64,000 bases of DNA, from the NCBI RefSeq assembly GCF_057098645.1, contig NZ_CM169472.1; one strand, given 5' to 3'. The translations under genes and the position numbers were made by a program. Below are positions 21,701 through 29,807 of this stretch, piece by piece. The notes under the pieces were generated by a model. The model did no database searches, was not told the origin of the DNA, and was given only the letters and a program-made list of their open reading frames with translations. The first letter of the stretch is position 1; each line of letters begins with the position of its first letter.

Positions 21701-21755
21701 CGCGGAAAACACCGTCAAAAACATCGCATTTAACTATATTGTGAGGCTTGCATAA
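18726..21755 (+). CDS. stf: Side tail fiber protein Stf (mosaic)
   Basis: 1009 aa. N-terminus [26 protein letters not shown] and the His-rich C-terminus ([55 protein letters not shown]) match lambda Stf. The middle carries an Ala/Ser-rich shaft and an extra Cys-containing domain. Confidence 0.85.
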   Translation: MNMAVKISGVLKDGTGKPVQNCTIQLKAKRNSTTVVVNTLASENPDEAGRYSMDVEYGQYSVILLVEGFPPSHAGTITVYEDSRPGTLNDFLGAMTEDDARPEALRRFELMVEEVARNASAVAQNTAAAKKSASDAGTSAREAATHATDAAGSARAASTSAGQAASSAQSASSSAGTASTKASEASKSAAAAESSKSAAATSAGAAKTSETNAAASQKSAATSASTATTKASEAATSARDAAASKEAAKSSETSAASSASNAASSATAAGNSAKAAKTSETNARSSETAAEQSASAAADSETTAASSAREASIKAEEAAVSATAAGKSAESAASSASTATTKAGEATEQASAAARSASAAKTSETNAKASETSAESSKTAAASSASSAASSASSASASKDEATRQASAARGSATTASTKATEAAGSAAAAAQSKSTAESAATRAETAAKRAEDIASAVALEDASTTKKGIVQLSSATNSTSESLAATPKAVKAAYDLANGKYTAQDATTAQKGIIQLSSATNSTSETLAATPKAVKAANDNAEKRLQKDQNGADIPGKDTFTKNIGACRAFGGSVSTTTGNWTTAQFIEWLDSQGAFNHPYWMCKGSWSYGNNKIITDTGCGNIHLAGAVIEVMGIKSAMTIRITTPTTSTGGGTTNAQFTYINHGTDYSPGWRRDYNSRNKPTASEIGALPSGGTAVSSVNLSSKGRVTALTDNTQGATGLELYEVYNNGYPTAYGNIIHLKGMTAVGEGELLIGWSGTSGAHAPAFIRSRRDTTDANWSPWAQLYTSAHPPAEFYPVGAPIPWPSDTVPSGYALMQGQTFDKSAYPKLAAAYPSGVIPDMRGWTIKGKPASDRAVLSQEQDGIKSHTHSASVSSTDLGTKTTSSFDYGTKSTNNTGAHTHSVSGTAASAGAHTHSMTFVSGGSSGAPGSGSPDYSKYSVNTSSAGAHTHSVSGTAASAGAHAHTVGIGAHTHSVAIGSHGHTITVNAAGNAENTVKNIAFNYIVRLA

Positions 21756-22336
21756 TGGCATTCAGAATGAGTGAACAACCACGGACCATAAAAATTTATA
21801 ATCTGCTGGCCGGAACTAATGAATTTATTGGTGAAGGTGACGCATATATTCCGCCTCATACAGGTCTGCCTGTAAACAGTACCTATATTGCACCGCCAGA
21901 TATTCCGGCTGGTTTCGTGGCTGTTTTCAACAGTGATGAGTCATCGTGGCATCTCGTTGAAGATCATCGGGGTAAAACGGTTTATGACGTGGCTTCCGGC
22001 GACGCGTTATTTATTTCTGAACTCGGTCCGTTACCGGAAAATGTTACCTGGTTATCGCCGGAAGGGGAGTTTCAGAAGTGGAACGGCACAGCCTGGTTGA
22101 AGGATACGGAAGCAGAAAAACTGTTCCGGATCCGGGAGGCGGAAGAAACAAAAAACAACCTGATGCAGGTAGCCAGTGAGCATATTGCGCCGCTTCAGGA
22201 TGCTGCAGATCTGGAAATTGCAACGGAGGAAGAAATCTCGTTGCTGGAAGCATGGAAAAAGTATCGGGTATTGCTGAACCGTGTTGATACATCAACTGCA
22301 CCTGATATTGAGTGGCCAGCAGCACCTGTAGGATAA
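21755..22336 (+). CDS. tfa: Tail fiber assembly protein Tfa
   Basis: 193 aa, near-identical to lambda Tfa as I recall it ([39 protein letters not shown]). Confidence 0.9.
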   Translation: MAFRMSEQPRTIKIYNLLAGTNEFIGEGDAYIPPHTGLPVNSTYIAPPDIPAGFVAVFNSDESSWHLVEDHRGKTVYDVASGDALFISELGPLPENVTWLSPEGEFQKWNGTAWLKDTEAEKLFRIREAEETKNNLMQVASEHIAPLQDAADLEIATEEEISLLEAWKKYRVLLNRVDTSTAPDIEWPAAPVG

Positions 22337-22436
22337 AACAAAAACTTTATATAGAGTGCTCTTTTTACAATGTCAGATAAATGCTGGCCGAAATGTAATT
22401 CATTAGAAGTAAAAAACAGAATGGTTTGAGGGTGTG

Positions 22437-22480
22437 TCATCCCTTTATTATTAATAGTGAAAGGGATGACATTCTTTTTT
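22437..22480 (+). terminator. Rho-independent terminator downstream of tfa
   Basis: 11-bp stem GTCATCCCTTT / AAAGGGATGAC with a 12-nt loop, followed by ATTCTTTTTT. Confidence 0.7.
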
Positions 22481-22676
22481 AAGGAGTGTCTTTTTTATCG
22501 GAATATAAGTTGAGATAATGTTTAACTCGATTATAAAAATGTTTTTTCTTATCTCTTGGAATGCTTACTATTATATGCATTATGGGGCTTGTGTTTGCCG
22601 ATAATTTAGCTGATGCATACATTGAAGCAAGGAATTCAATATCAGTATTGTCAAAATTAAAACTTTCTCCATCCAT
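22479..22676 (-). CDS. Hypothetical 65-aa protein (orphan moron ORF)
   Basis: ORF in low-GC DNA with a plausible SD (AAGGA 8 nt before the ATG on the minus strand). No recognisable motif. Confidence 0.35.
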   Translation of the reverse strand: MDGESFNFDNTDIEFLASMYASAKLSANTSPIMHIIVSIPRDKKKHFYNRVKHYLNLYSDKKDTP

Positions 22677-22982
22677 TTCAATTCCTTATGTGTTTGGCTC
22701 GGTATACTGTATCCCATGAGATTTTACGTAAATTGTCATATCTAATATTGCAATTATAATTGTAGCTAATTATTTTAAATTAGGTGAAAGTTTATTGCGA
22801 ATGATTAACTCGGAAAAAAAGATTTCTCACGGTTAGTAAGTATATTAGGTCAGTATTCAGATATGAGTAGTGTTAACGACTAAATTTGCAATCACATATA
22901 GATTTTTGTTCTAATAAAGATGTTTTATTTGGCGATTCGTCAAGCATCTCCACTTAAGCAATCGTATATATTAAGAGTGCAA

Positions 22983-23078
22983 AAGAGAAGGGACAACGTT
23001 GCTCGCACTCTGGAATAAATATCGGGTATTGTTAAAGTGTGGTGATACATAATTGTACGGGATATTGAGTGGCCTGAA
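22983..23078 (+). pseudogene. Decayed second copy of the tfa 3' end
   Basis: CTGGAATAAATATCGGGTATTG...GATACAT...GATATTGAGTGGCC aligns to the tfa 3' end at about 22240-22330 (CTGGAAGCATGGAAAAAGTATCGGGTATTG...GATACATCA...GATATTGAGTGGCC), but with an in-frame stop and an indel. Confidence 0.5.
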
Positions 23079-23213
23079 GTCCCAGTCATTGAGTAATCTT
23101 TTCGTGATATGCCGCAGAAACGTTGTATGCAGGAACGTGCTGCGGCTAACTGGTGAACTTTCGATAGTGCGGGTATTGAATGATTTCCAGCCGTTACCGA
23201 TTTTACGTGCTAA

Positions 23214-23462
23214 TTAGTGAACAAACCACTCGTCAGCAGACTCCCAGGTATCTTTCAGAGTTTCCTGAACAAAAGTTTTAGCTGAATCTTTATCGGCAGT
23301 GCGCGTAACAGAAAGGCCATCGTTGCTGGTGGTTTTTACGATCACCTCTACATCGTCATAACGCTTACTGATGCGTCGAGTTAATTCTTCCTTTAACGCA
23401 TCCACAGCACCGTTTGGCATTTTAGTCATTTTCTCTTTGGCTATGCAGATCTCAATACGCAT
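23214..23462 (-). CDS. DinI-like SOS protein
   Basis: 82 aa. The N-terminal MRIE..IAK and C-terminal [16 protein letters not shown] match E. coli DinI (MRIEVTIAK ... ILQETWESADDWFV). SD GAGGG upstream on the minus strand. Confidence 0.85.
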   Translation of the reverse strand: MRIEICIAKEKMTKMPNGAVDALKEELTRRISKRYDDVEVIVKTTSNDGLSVTRTADKDSAKTFVQETLKDTWESADEWFVH

Positions 23463-23475
23463 AAAAATCCCTCTA

Positions 23476-23495
23476 CACTGTGTTTGTATACAGTA
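23476..23495. promoter_or_regulatory. LexA box 1 (SOS operator) upstream of the dinI-like gene
   Basis: CACTGTGTTTGTATACAGTA, which fits CTG-N10-CAG and the consensus TACTGTATATATATACAGTA. Lies 16 bp upstream of the dinI-like start. Confidence 0.7.
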
Positions 23496-23503
23496 TTATT
23501 TTT

Positions 23504-23523
23504 AACTGTATGAATAAACAGTG
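23504..23523. promoter_or_regulatory. LexA box 2 (SOS operator)
   Basis: AACTGTATGAATAAACAGTG, fits CTG-N10-CAG. Its centre is 28 bp from box 1. Confidence 0.65.
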
Positions 23524-23681
23524 TCAATAGAACAAAGATTGCTGCATGTACAAATGTTCTTTGGCTACAAATACACCTACTGATCATGTTCTGCTATGCT
23601 CTGATACCTCCAAAATGTACAATCAGCGGCATGAATTTTTCTTTGTACATATGATTGTACATAATCAAAGAGACAACAATT

Positions 23682-25268
23682 ATGACAAGCCTTTTGGCCG
23701 CAGAGGTAGCGAAAAGAAGAACCTTTGCAATTATTTCTCACCCGGACGCCGGTAAGACTACCATCACCGAGAAGGTGCTGCTGTTCGGACAGGCCATTCA
23801 GACTGCCGGTACAGTAAAAGGCCGTGGTTCCAACCAGCACGCTAAGTCGGACTGGATGGAGATGGAAAAGCAGCGTGGGATCTCCATTACTACGTCTGTG
23901 ATGCAGTTTCCGTATCACGATTGCCTGGTTAACCTGCTCGACACCCCGGGGCACGAAGACTTCTCGGAAGATACCTACCGTACCCTGACGGCGGTGGACT
24001 GCTGCCTGATGGTTATCGACGCCGCAAAAGGTGTTGAAGATCGTACCCGTAAGCTGATGGAAGTTACCCGTCTGCGCGACACGCCGATCCTCACCTTTAT
24101 GAACAAACTTGACCGTGATATCCGCGACCCGATGGAATTGCTCGATGAAGTTGAGAACGAGCTGAAAATTGGCTGCGCACCGATCACCTGGCCAATTGGC
24201 TGCGGCAAGCTGTTTAAAGGCGTTTACCACCTTTATAAAGATGAAACCTATCTCTATCAGAGCGGTAAAGGGCACACCATTCAGGAAGTCCGCATTGTTA
24301 AAGGGCTGAATAACCCGGATCTCGATGCTGCGGTTGGTGAAGATCTGGCACAGCAGCTGCGTGACGAACTGGAACTGGTTAAAGGCGCGTCTAACGAGTT
24401 CGACAAAGAGCTGTTCCTTGCGGGCGAAATCACTCCGGTATTCTTCGGTACTGCGCTGGGTAACTTCGGCGTTGATCATATGCTGGATGGCCTGGTGGAG
24501 TGGGCGCCTGCGCCGATGCCGCGTCAGACCGATACCCGTACCGTAGAAGCGAGCGAAGATAAATTTACCGGCTTCGTATTTAAAATTCAGGCCAACATGG
24601 ACCCGAAACACCGCGACCGCGTGGCGTTTATGCGTGTGGTGTCCGGTAAATATGAAAAAGGCATGAAACTGCGCCAGGTGCGCACTGCGAAAGATGTGGT
24701 GATCTCCGACGCGCTGACCTTTATGGCGGGTGACCGTTCGCACGTTGAAGAAGCGTATCCGGGCGATATCCTCGGCCTGCACAACCACGGCACCATTCAG
24801 ATCGGCGACACCTTTACCCAGGGTGAGATGATGAAGTTCACCGGTATTCCGAACTTCGCACCAGAACTGTTCCGTCGTATCCGCCTGAAAGATCCGCTGA
24901 AGCAAAAACAGCTGCTCAAAGGGCTGGTACAGCTTTCCGAAGAGGGCGCGGTGCAGGTGTTCCGTCCAATCTCCAACAACGATCTGATCGTTGGTGCAGT
25001 TGGTGTGCTGCAGTTTGATGTGGTGGTAGCGCGCCTGAAGAGCGAATACAACGTTGAAGCAGTGTATGAGTCAGTCAACGTTGCCACTGCCCGCTGGGTA
25101 GAATGTGCAGACGCGAAGAAATTCGAAGAGTTCAAGCGTAAGAACGAAAGCCAACTGGCGCTTGATGGCGGCGATAACCTCGCTTACATCGCTACCAGCA
25201 TGGTCAACCTGCGCCTGGCACAGGAACGTTATCCGGACGTTCAGTTCCACCAGACCCGCGAGCATTAA
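23682..25268 (+). CDS. prfC: Peptide chain release factor 3
   Basis: 528 aa with the GTPase motifs [12 protein letters not shown] and DTPGHEDF. Beyond the first ~9 residues it matches K-12 RF3 as I recall it. Start chosen at ATG 23682 (MTSLLAAEV); the ORF-track start at 23655 is an extension. Confidence 0.95.
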
Positions 25269-25660
25269 TTCTTGCCTCCAGGGCGCGGTAGCCGCTGCGC
25301 CCTGTCAATTTCCCTTCCTTATTAGCCGCTTACGGAATGTTCTTAAAACATTCACTTTTGCTTATGTTTTCGCTGATATCCCGAGCGGTTTCAAAATTGT
25401 GAACTATATTTAACAAAGTGATGACATTTCTGACGGCGTTAAATACCGTTCAATGCGTAGATATCAGTATCTAAAGCCGTCGATTGTCATTCTACCGATA
25501 TTAATAACTGATTCAGAGGCTGTAATGGTCGTTATTCATCACTCATCGCTTTTGTGATGGCGACCATTGACTTCTGTAGAGGGTGAAGTCTCTCCCTATT
25601 CAGCAATGCAACCTCGTGTTGCCAGGCTCAAATTACGAGCAAACATACAGGAATAAATCG

Positions 25661-26266
25661 ATGACTATGACAAGACTGAAGATTTCGAAAACTCTGCTGG
25701 CTGTAATGTTGACCTCTGCCGTCGCGACCGGCTCTGCCTACGCGGAAAACAACGCGCAGACTACCAATGAAAGCGCAGGGCAAAAAGTCGATAGCTCTAT
25801 GAATAAAGTCGGTAATTTCATGGATGACAGCGCCATCACCGCGAAAGTGAAGGCGGCCCTGGTGGATCATGACAACATCAAGAGCACCGATATCTCTGTA
25901 AAAACCGATCAAAAAGTCGTGACCCTGAGCGGTTTCGTTGAAAGCCAGGCCCAGGCCGAAGAGGCAGTGAAAGTGGCGAAAGGCGTTGAAGGGGTGACCT
26001 CTGTCAGCGACAAACTGCACGTTCGCGACGCTAAAGAAGGCTCGGTGAAGGGCTACGCGGGTGACACCGCCACCACCAGTGAAATCAAAGCCAAACTGCT
26101 GGCGGACGATATCGTCCCTTCCCGTCATGTGAAAGTTGAAACCACCGACGGCGTGGTTCAGCTCTCCGGTACCGTCGATTCTCAGGCACAAAGTGACCGT
26201 GCTGAAAGTATCGCCAAAGCGGTAGATGGTGTGAAAAGCGTTAAAAATGATCTGAAAACTAAGTAA
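25661..26266 (+). CDS. osmY: Osmotically inducible periplasmic protein OsmY
   Basis: 201 aa from [17 protein letters not shown], with signal peptide and two BON domains. The ORF-track start at 25583 is an extension. Confidence 0.95.
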
Positions 26267-26392
26267 TTCGTCGTAATTCGTCCTCCCGAACTTTGTCGGG
26301 AGGCGCGATGTGCACCACACTAAAAATATCGCATTGAGTGATTTTCACGCTCATATCAAGCGGTGACATTAACTATGGTAAAGGAGACGCTT

Positions 26393-26554
26393 ATGTTTCG
26401 TTGGGGCATCATATTTCTGGTTATCGCGTTAATCGCCGCCGCACTTGGGTTTGGTGGTCTGGCCGGTACCGCTGCAGGCGCAGCTAAAATTGTCTTTGTC
26501 GTCGGGATTATTCTGTTCCTGGTGAGTTTGTTCATGGGCCGAAAACGACCCTAG
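26393..26554 (+). CDS. ytjA: Small membrane protein YtjA (DUF1328)
   Basis: 53 aa hydrophobic protein [22 protein letters not shown], preceded by SD AAGGAG. Confidence 0.6.
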
Positions 26555-26675
26555 ATTTCAGACCATTAAGAAAATTTTATCCAAAGCCAGTCCAGCGGAC
26601 TGGCTTTTGCGGTTTTAGCGAATAATAAATTGCGTTACTTTGTCATTCTTTCACAACAAAAACAGGAAGGCAGAG

Positions 26676-27749
26676 GTGGGGCAGCGAATACCTGTAACGC
26701 TTGGTAATATTGCGCCGTTGTCGCTAAGGCCGTTCCAGCCTGGACGAATAGCTCTGGTGTGCGAAGGCGGCGGACAGCGTGGAATTTTCACGGCTGGCGT
26801 GCTGGATGAGTTTATGCGCGCGCAGTTTAATCCTTTCGATCTTTATCTCGGCACATCTGCCGGGGCGCAGAACCTCTCGGCGTTTATCTGCAATCAGCCC
26901 GGTTACGCGCGCAAAGTCATCATGCGCTATACCACAAAACGCGAATTTTTCGATCCATTGCGCTTTGTCCGTGGAGGAAATCTTATCGATCTCGACTGGC
27001 TGGTGGAGGCCACCGCAAGCCAGATGCCGTTGCAAATGGATACCGCCGCGCGGTTGTTTGACAGCGGCAAATCGTTTTATATGTGCGCCTGTCGTCAGGA
27101 TGACTACGCGCCGAATTACTTTTTACCAACCAAACAAAACTGGCTGGATGTGATTCGCGCCTCCAGTGCGATACCTGGCTTTTATCGTAGCGGAGTGTCG
27201 CTGGAAGGCATTAACTACCTGGATGGCGGGATCAGTGATGCGATTCCGGTTAAAGAGGCGGCAAGGCAGGGCGCTAAAACGTTGGTCGTCATCCGCACTG
27301 TGCCGTCACAAATGTACTACACGCCGCAGTGGTTCAAACGCATGGAACGCTGGCTGGGTGACAGTAGCCTGCAGCCGCTGGTCAATCTGGTGCAGCATCA
27401 TGAAACCAGCTATCGTGACATTCAGCAATTTATTGAGAAACCACCGGGCAAGCTGCGGATATTCGAAATTTATCCGCCGAAGCCATTACATAGTATCGCG
27501 CTTGGCAGTCGGATTCCGGCGCTGCGTGAAGACTATAAACTTGGGCGTTTATGCGGTCGTTATTTCCTCGCCACGGTTGGCAAGCTATTAACTGAAAAAG
27601 CGCCGCTTACCCGCCATCTGGTGCCAGTGGTGACGCCGGAATCGATTGTCATTCCGCCTGCGCCAGTCGCCAACGATACGCTGGTTGCCGAAGTGAGCGA
27701 CGCTCCGCAGGCGAACGACCCGACATTTAACAATGAGGATCTGGCTTGA
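26676..27749 (+). CDS. yjjU: Patatin-like phospholipase YjjU
   Basis: GGGQRG and GTSAG (GxSxG) motifs. Start set at GTG 26676 for a 357 aa product. Confidence 0.85.
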   Translation: MGQRIPVTLGNIAPLSLRPFQPGRIALVCEGGGQRGIFTAGVLDEFMRAQFNPFDLYLGTSAGAQNLSAFICNQPGYARKVIMRYTTKREFFDPLRFVRGGNLIDLDWLVEATASQMPLQMDTAARLFDSGKSFYMCACRQDDYAPNYFLPTKQNWLDVIRASSAIPGFYRSGVSLEGINYLDGGISDAIPVKEAARQGAKTLVVIRTVPSQMYYTPQWFKRMERWLGDSSLQPLVNLVQHHETSYRDIQQFIEKPPGKLRIFEIYPPKPLHSIALGSRIPALREDYKLGRLCGRYFLATVGKLLTEKAPLTRHLVPVVTPESIVIPPAPVANDTLVAEVSDAPQANDPTFNNEDLA

Positions 27750-28528
27750 TTTGCCGTTTTATCGATACCCACTGCCATTTTGATTTCCCGCCGTTTAGTG
27801 GCGATGAAGAGGCCAGCCTGCAACGCGCGGCACAAGCGGGCGTAGGCAAGATCATTGTTCCGGCGACAGAGGCGGAAAATTTTGCCCGTGTGTTGGCATT
27901 AGCGGAAAATTATCAACCGCTGTATGCCGCATTGGGCTTGCATCCTGGTATGTTGGAAAAACATAGCGATGTGTCTCTTGAACAGCTACAGCAGGCGCTG
28001 GAAAGGCGTCCGGCGAAGGTGGTTGCGGTGGGGGAGATCGGTCTGGATCTCTTCGGCGACGATCCGCAATTTGAGAGGCAGCAGTGGTTACTCGACGAAC
28101 AACTGAAACTGGCGAAACGCTACGATCTGCCGGTGATCCTGCATTCACGGCGCACGCACGACAAACTGGCGATGCATCTTAAACGCCACGATTTATCGCG
28201 CACTGGCGTGGTTCACGGTTTTTCCGGCAGCCTGCAACAGGCCGAGCGGTTTGTACAGCTGGGCTACAAAATCGGCGTAGGCGGTACTATCACCTATCCA
28301 CGCGCCAGTAAAACCCGCGATGTCATCGCAAAATTACCGCTGGCATCGTTATTGCTGGAAACCGACGCGCCGGATATGCCGCTCAACGGTTTTCAGGGGC
28401 AGCCTAACCGCCCGGAGCATGCTGCCCGTGTGTTTGCCGTGCTTTGCGAGTTACGCCCGGAACCCGCGGATGAGATTGCCGAAGTGTTGCTTAATAACAC
28501 GTATGCGGTGTTTAACGTTCGTGGGTAG
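27746..28528 (+). CDS. yjjV: TatD-family metal-dependent hydrolase YjjV
   Basis: 260 aa with the HCHFD motif. Start overlaps the yjjU stop. Confidence 0.9.
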   Translation: MICRFIDTHCHFDFPPFSGDEEASLQRAAQAGVGKIIVPATEAENFARVLALAENYQPLYAALGLHPGMLEKHSDVSLEQLQQALERRPAKVVAVGEIGLDLFGDDPQFERQQWLLDEQLKLAKRYDLPVILHSRRTHDKLAMHLKRHDLSRTGVVHGFSGSLQQAERFVQLGYKIGVGGTITYPRASKTRDVIAKLPLASLLLETDAPDMPLNGFQGQPNRPEHAARVFAVLCELRPEPADEIAEVLLNNTYAVFNVRG

Positions 28529-28530
28529 TT

Positions 28531-28945
28531 TGCCCTTCGTAGGCAGCATCCGGCAGTCGGCGCATAATGCCTGATGCGACGCTTAACGCGTCTTATCATG
28601 CCTACAGGTTTGTGCCGAACCGTAGGCCGGATAAGGCGTTCACGCCGCATCCGGCAGTTGGCGCACAATGCCTGATGCGACGCTTGTCGCGTCTTATCAT
28701 GCCTACAAGTCTGTGCCGAACCGTAGGCCGGATAAGGCGTTCACGCCGCATCCGGCAGTCGGCGCATAATGCCTGATGCGACGCTTGTCGCGTCTTATCA
28801 TGCCTACAGGTTTGTGCCGAACCGTAGGCCGGATAAGGCGTTCACGCCGCATCCGGCAGTTGGCGCACAATGCCTGATGCGACGCTTGACGCGTCTTATC
28901 AGGCCTACAAGTCTGTGCCGAACCGTAGGCCGTATCCGGCATGTC
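28531..28945. repeat. REP/BIME cluster, about four tandem ~101-bp units
   Basis: Direct repeats of GCCTGATGCGACGCTT...CGTCTTATCATGCCTACA...CCGTAGGCCGGATAAGGCGTTCACGCCGCATCCGGCAG, each containing palindromic REP motifs. Confidence 0.8.
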
Positions 28946-29807
28946 ACAAATAGAGCGCCGGAAATATCAACCGGCTCACCCCGCGCACCTTTAATGCATC
29001 AGCCAACGGCTCAACGTCTTCCGGCGTGGCGCTCGCCCAGCTTTGCGCCTCGCCATACACGCCGTGGGCATGAAACGCGTTCAGGCGAACCGGAACATCG
29101 CCAAGTCCCTTGATAAACGCCGCCAGTTCTTCGATGTGTTGCAAATAATCCACCTGGCCTGGGATCATCAGCAAACGCAGTTCCGCCAGCTTGCCGCGCT
29201 CTGCCAGCAAATAGATGCTGCGCTTAATCTGTTGATTATCGCGTCCGGTTAATTGTTGATGACATTCGCTACCCCATGCTTTGAGATCGAGCATTGCGCC
29301 GTCACACACCGGGAGTAATTTTTCCCAGCCGGTTTCGCTCAACATACCGTTACTGTCCACCAGACAGGTGAGATGGCGCAGTTGCGGATCGTTTTTGATA
29401 GCAGTAAACAGCGCCACTACAAACGGCAGTTGGGTCGTGGCTTCGCCGCCGCTTACCGTTATCCCTTCAATAAACAGCACCGCTTTGCGCACATGGCTAA
29501 GCACCTCATCCACGCTCATGGATTGCGCCATTGGCGTGGCATGTTGCGGACACCTCTTCAGGCTGGTATCACATTGCTCGCAGACCACAGCGTTCCACAC
29601 CACTTTGCCGTCAACAATCTGCAACGCCTGATGCGGACACTGTGGCACGCACTCCCCACAGTCATTGCAACGTCCCATCGTCCACGGATTGTGACAGTTT
29701 TTGCAGCGCAGATTGCAGCCCTGCAAAAACAGAGCCAGACGACTGCCTGGCCCGTCAACGCAGGAGAAGGGGATAATCTTACTGACTAAAGCGCATCTGC
29801 TGTTCAT
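28944..29807 (-). CDS. yjjW: Glycyl-radical enzyme activating protein (radical SAM) YjjW
   Basis: 287 aa with the CxxxCxxC motif [11 protein letters not shown] and extra Cys clusters. Confidence 0.9.
   Translation of the reverse strand: MNSRCALVSKIIPFSCVDGPGSRLALFLQGCNLRCKNCHNPWTMGRCNDCGECVPQCPHQALQIVDGKVVWNAVVCEQCDTSLKRCPQHATPMAQSMSVDEVLSHVRKAVLFIEGITVSGGEATTQLPFVVALFTAIKNDPQLRHLTCLVDSNGMLSETGWEKLLPVCDGAMLDLKAWGSECHQQLTGRDNQQIKRSIYLLAERGKLAELRLLMIPGQVDYLQHIEELAAFIKGLGDVPVRLNAFHAHGVYGEAQSWASATPEDVEPLADALKVRGVSRLIFPALYL

Noticed and set aside
22337-23681. tRNA gene as the prophage integration target
   Set aside because: I saw no cloverleaf-like tRNA sequence by eye between tfa and prfC, and the junction instead coincides with the prfC 5' end. 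A tRNA scan was not run, so this is not excluded.
23546-23755. 69-aa plus-strand ORF spanning the prophage-prfC junction
   Set aside because: It runs out of frame across the start of prfC, has no RBS, and sits in the promoter/junction region. Most likely not a gene.
25583-25660. Upstream N-terminal extensions offered by the ORF track (osmY here; likewise serB 37978, radA 39085, nadR 40515, slt 47897, lasT 58062, thrA 59087, deoD 35090, deoC 31563)
   Set aside because: The known protein N-termini begin at internal ATG/GTG codons with better-placed Shine-Dalgarno sequences; the extensions are unstopped upstream frame.
26280-26305. Terminator after osmY (CCTCCCGA-ACTTTG-TCGGGAGG)
   Set aside because: A perfect 8-bp stem is present but no T-run follows, so I did not list it as an intrinsic terminator. 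It may still be an RNA structure.
28531-28945. Possible CRISPR array (regular ~100-bp repeats)
   Set aside because: The units are about 100 bp with internal REP palindromes and no unique spacers of CRISPR-like length. No cas genes are nearby. This is a REP/BIME cluster.
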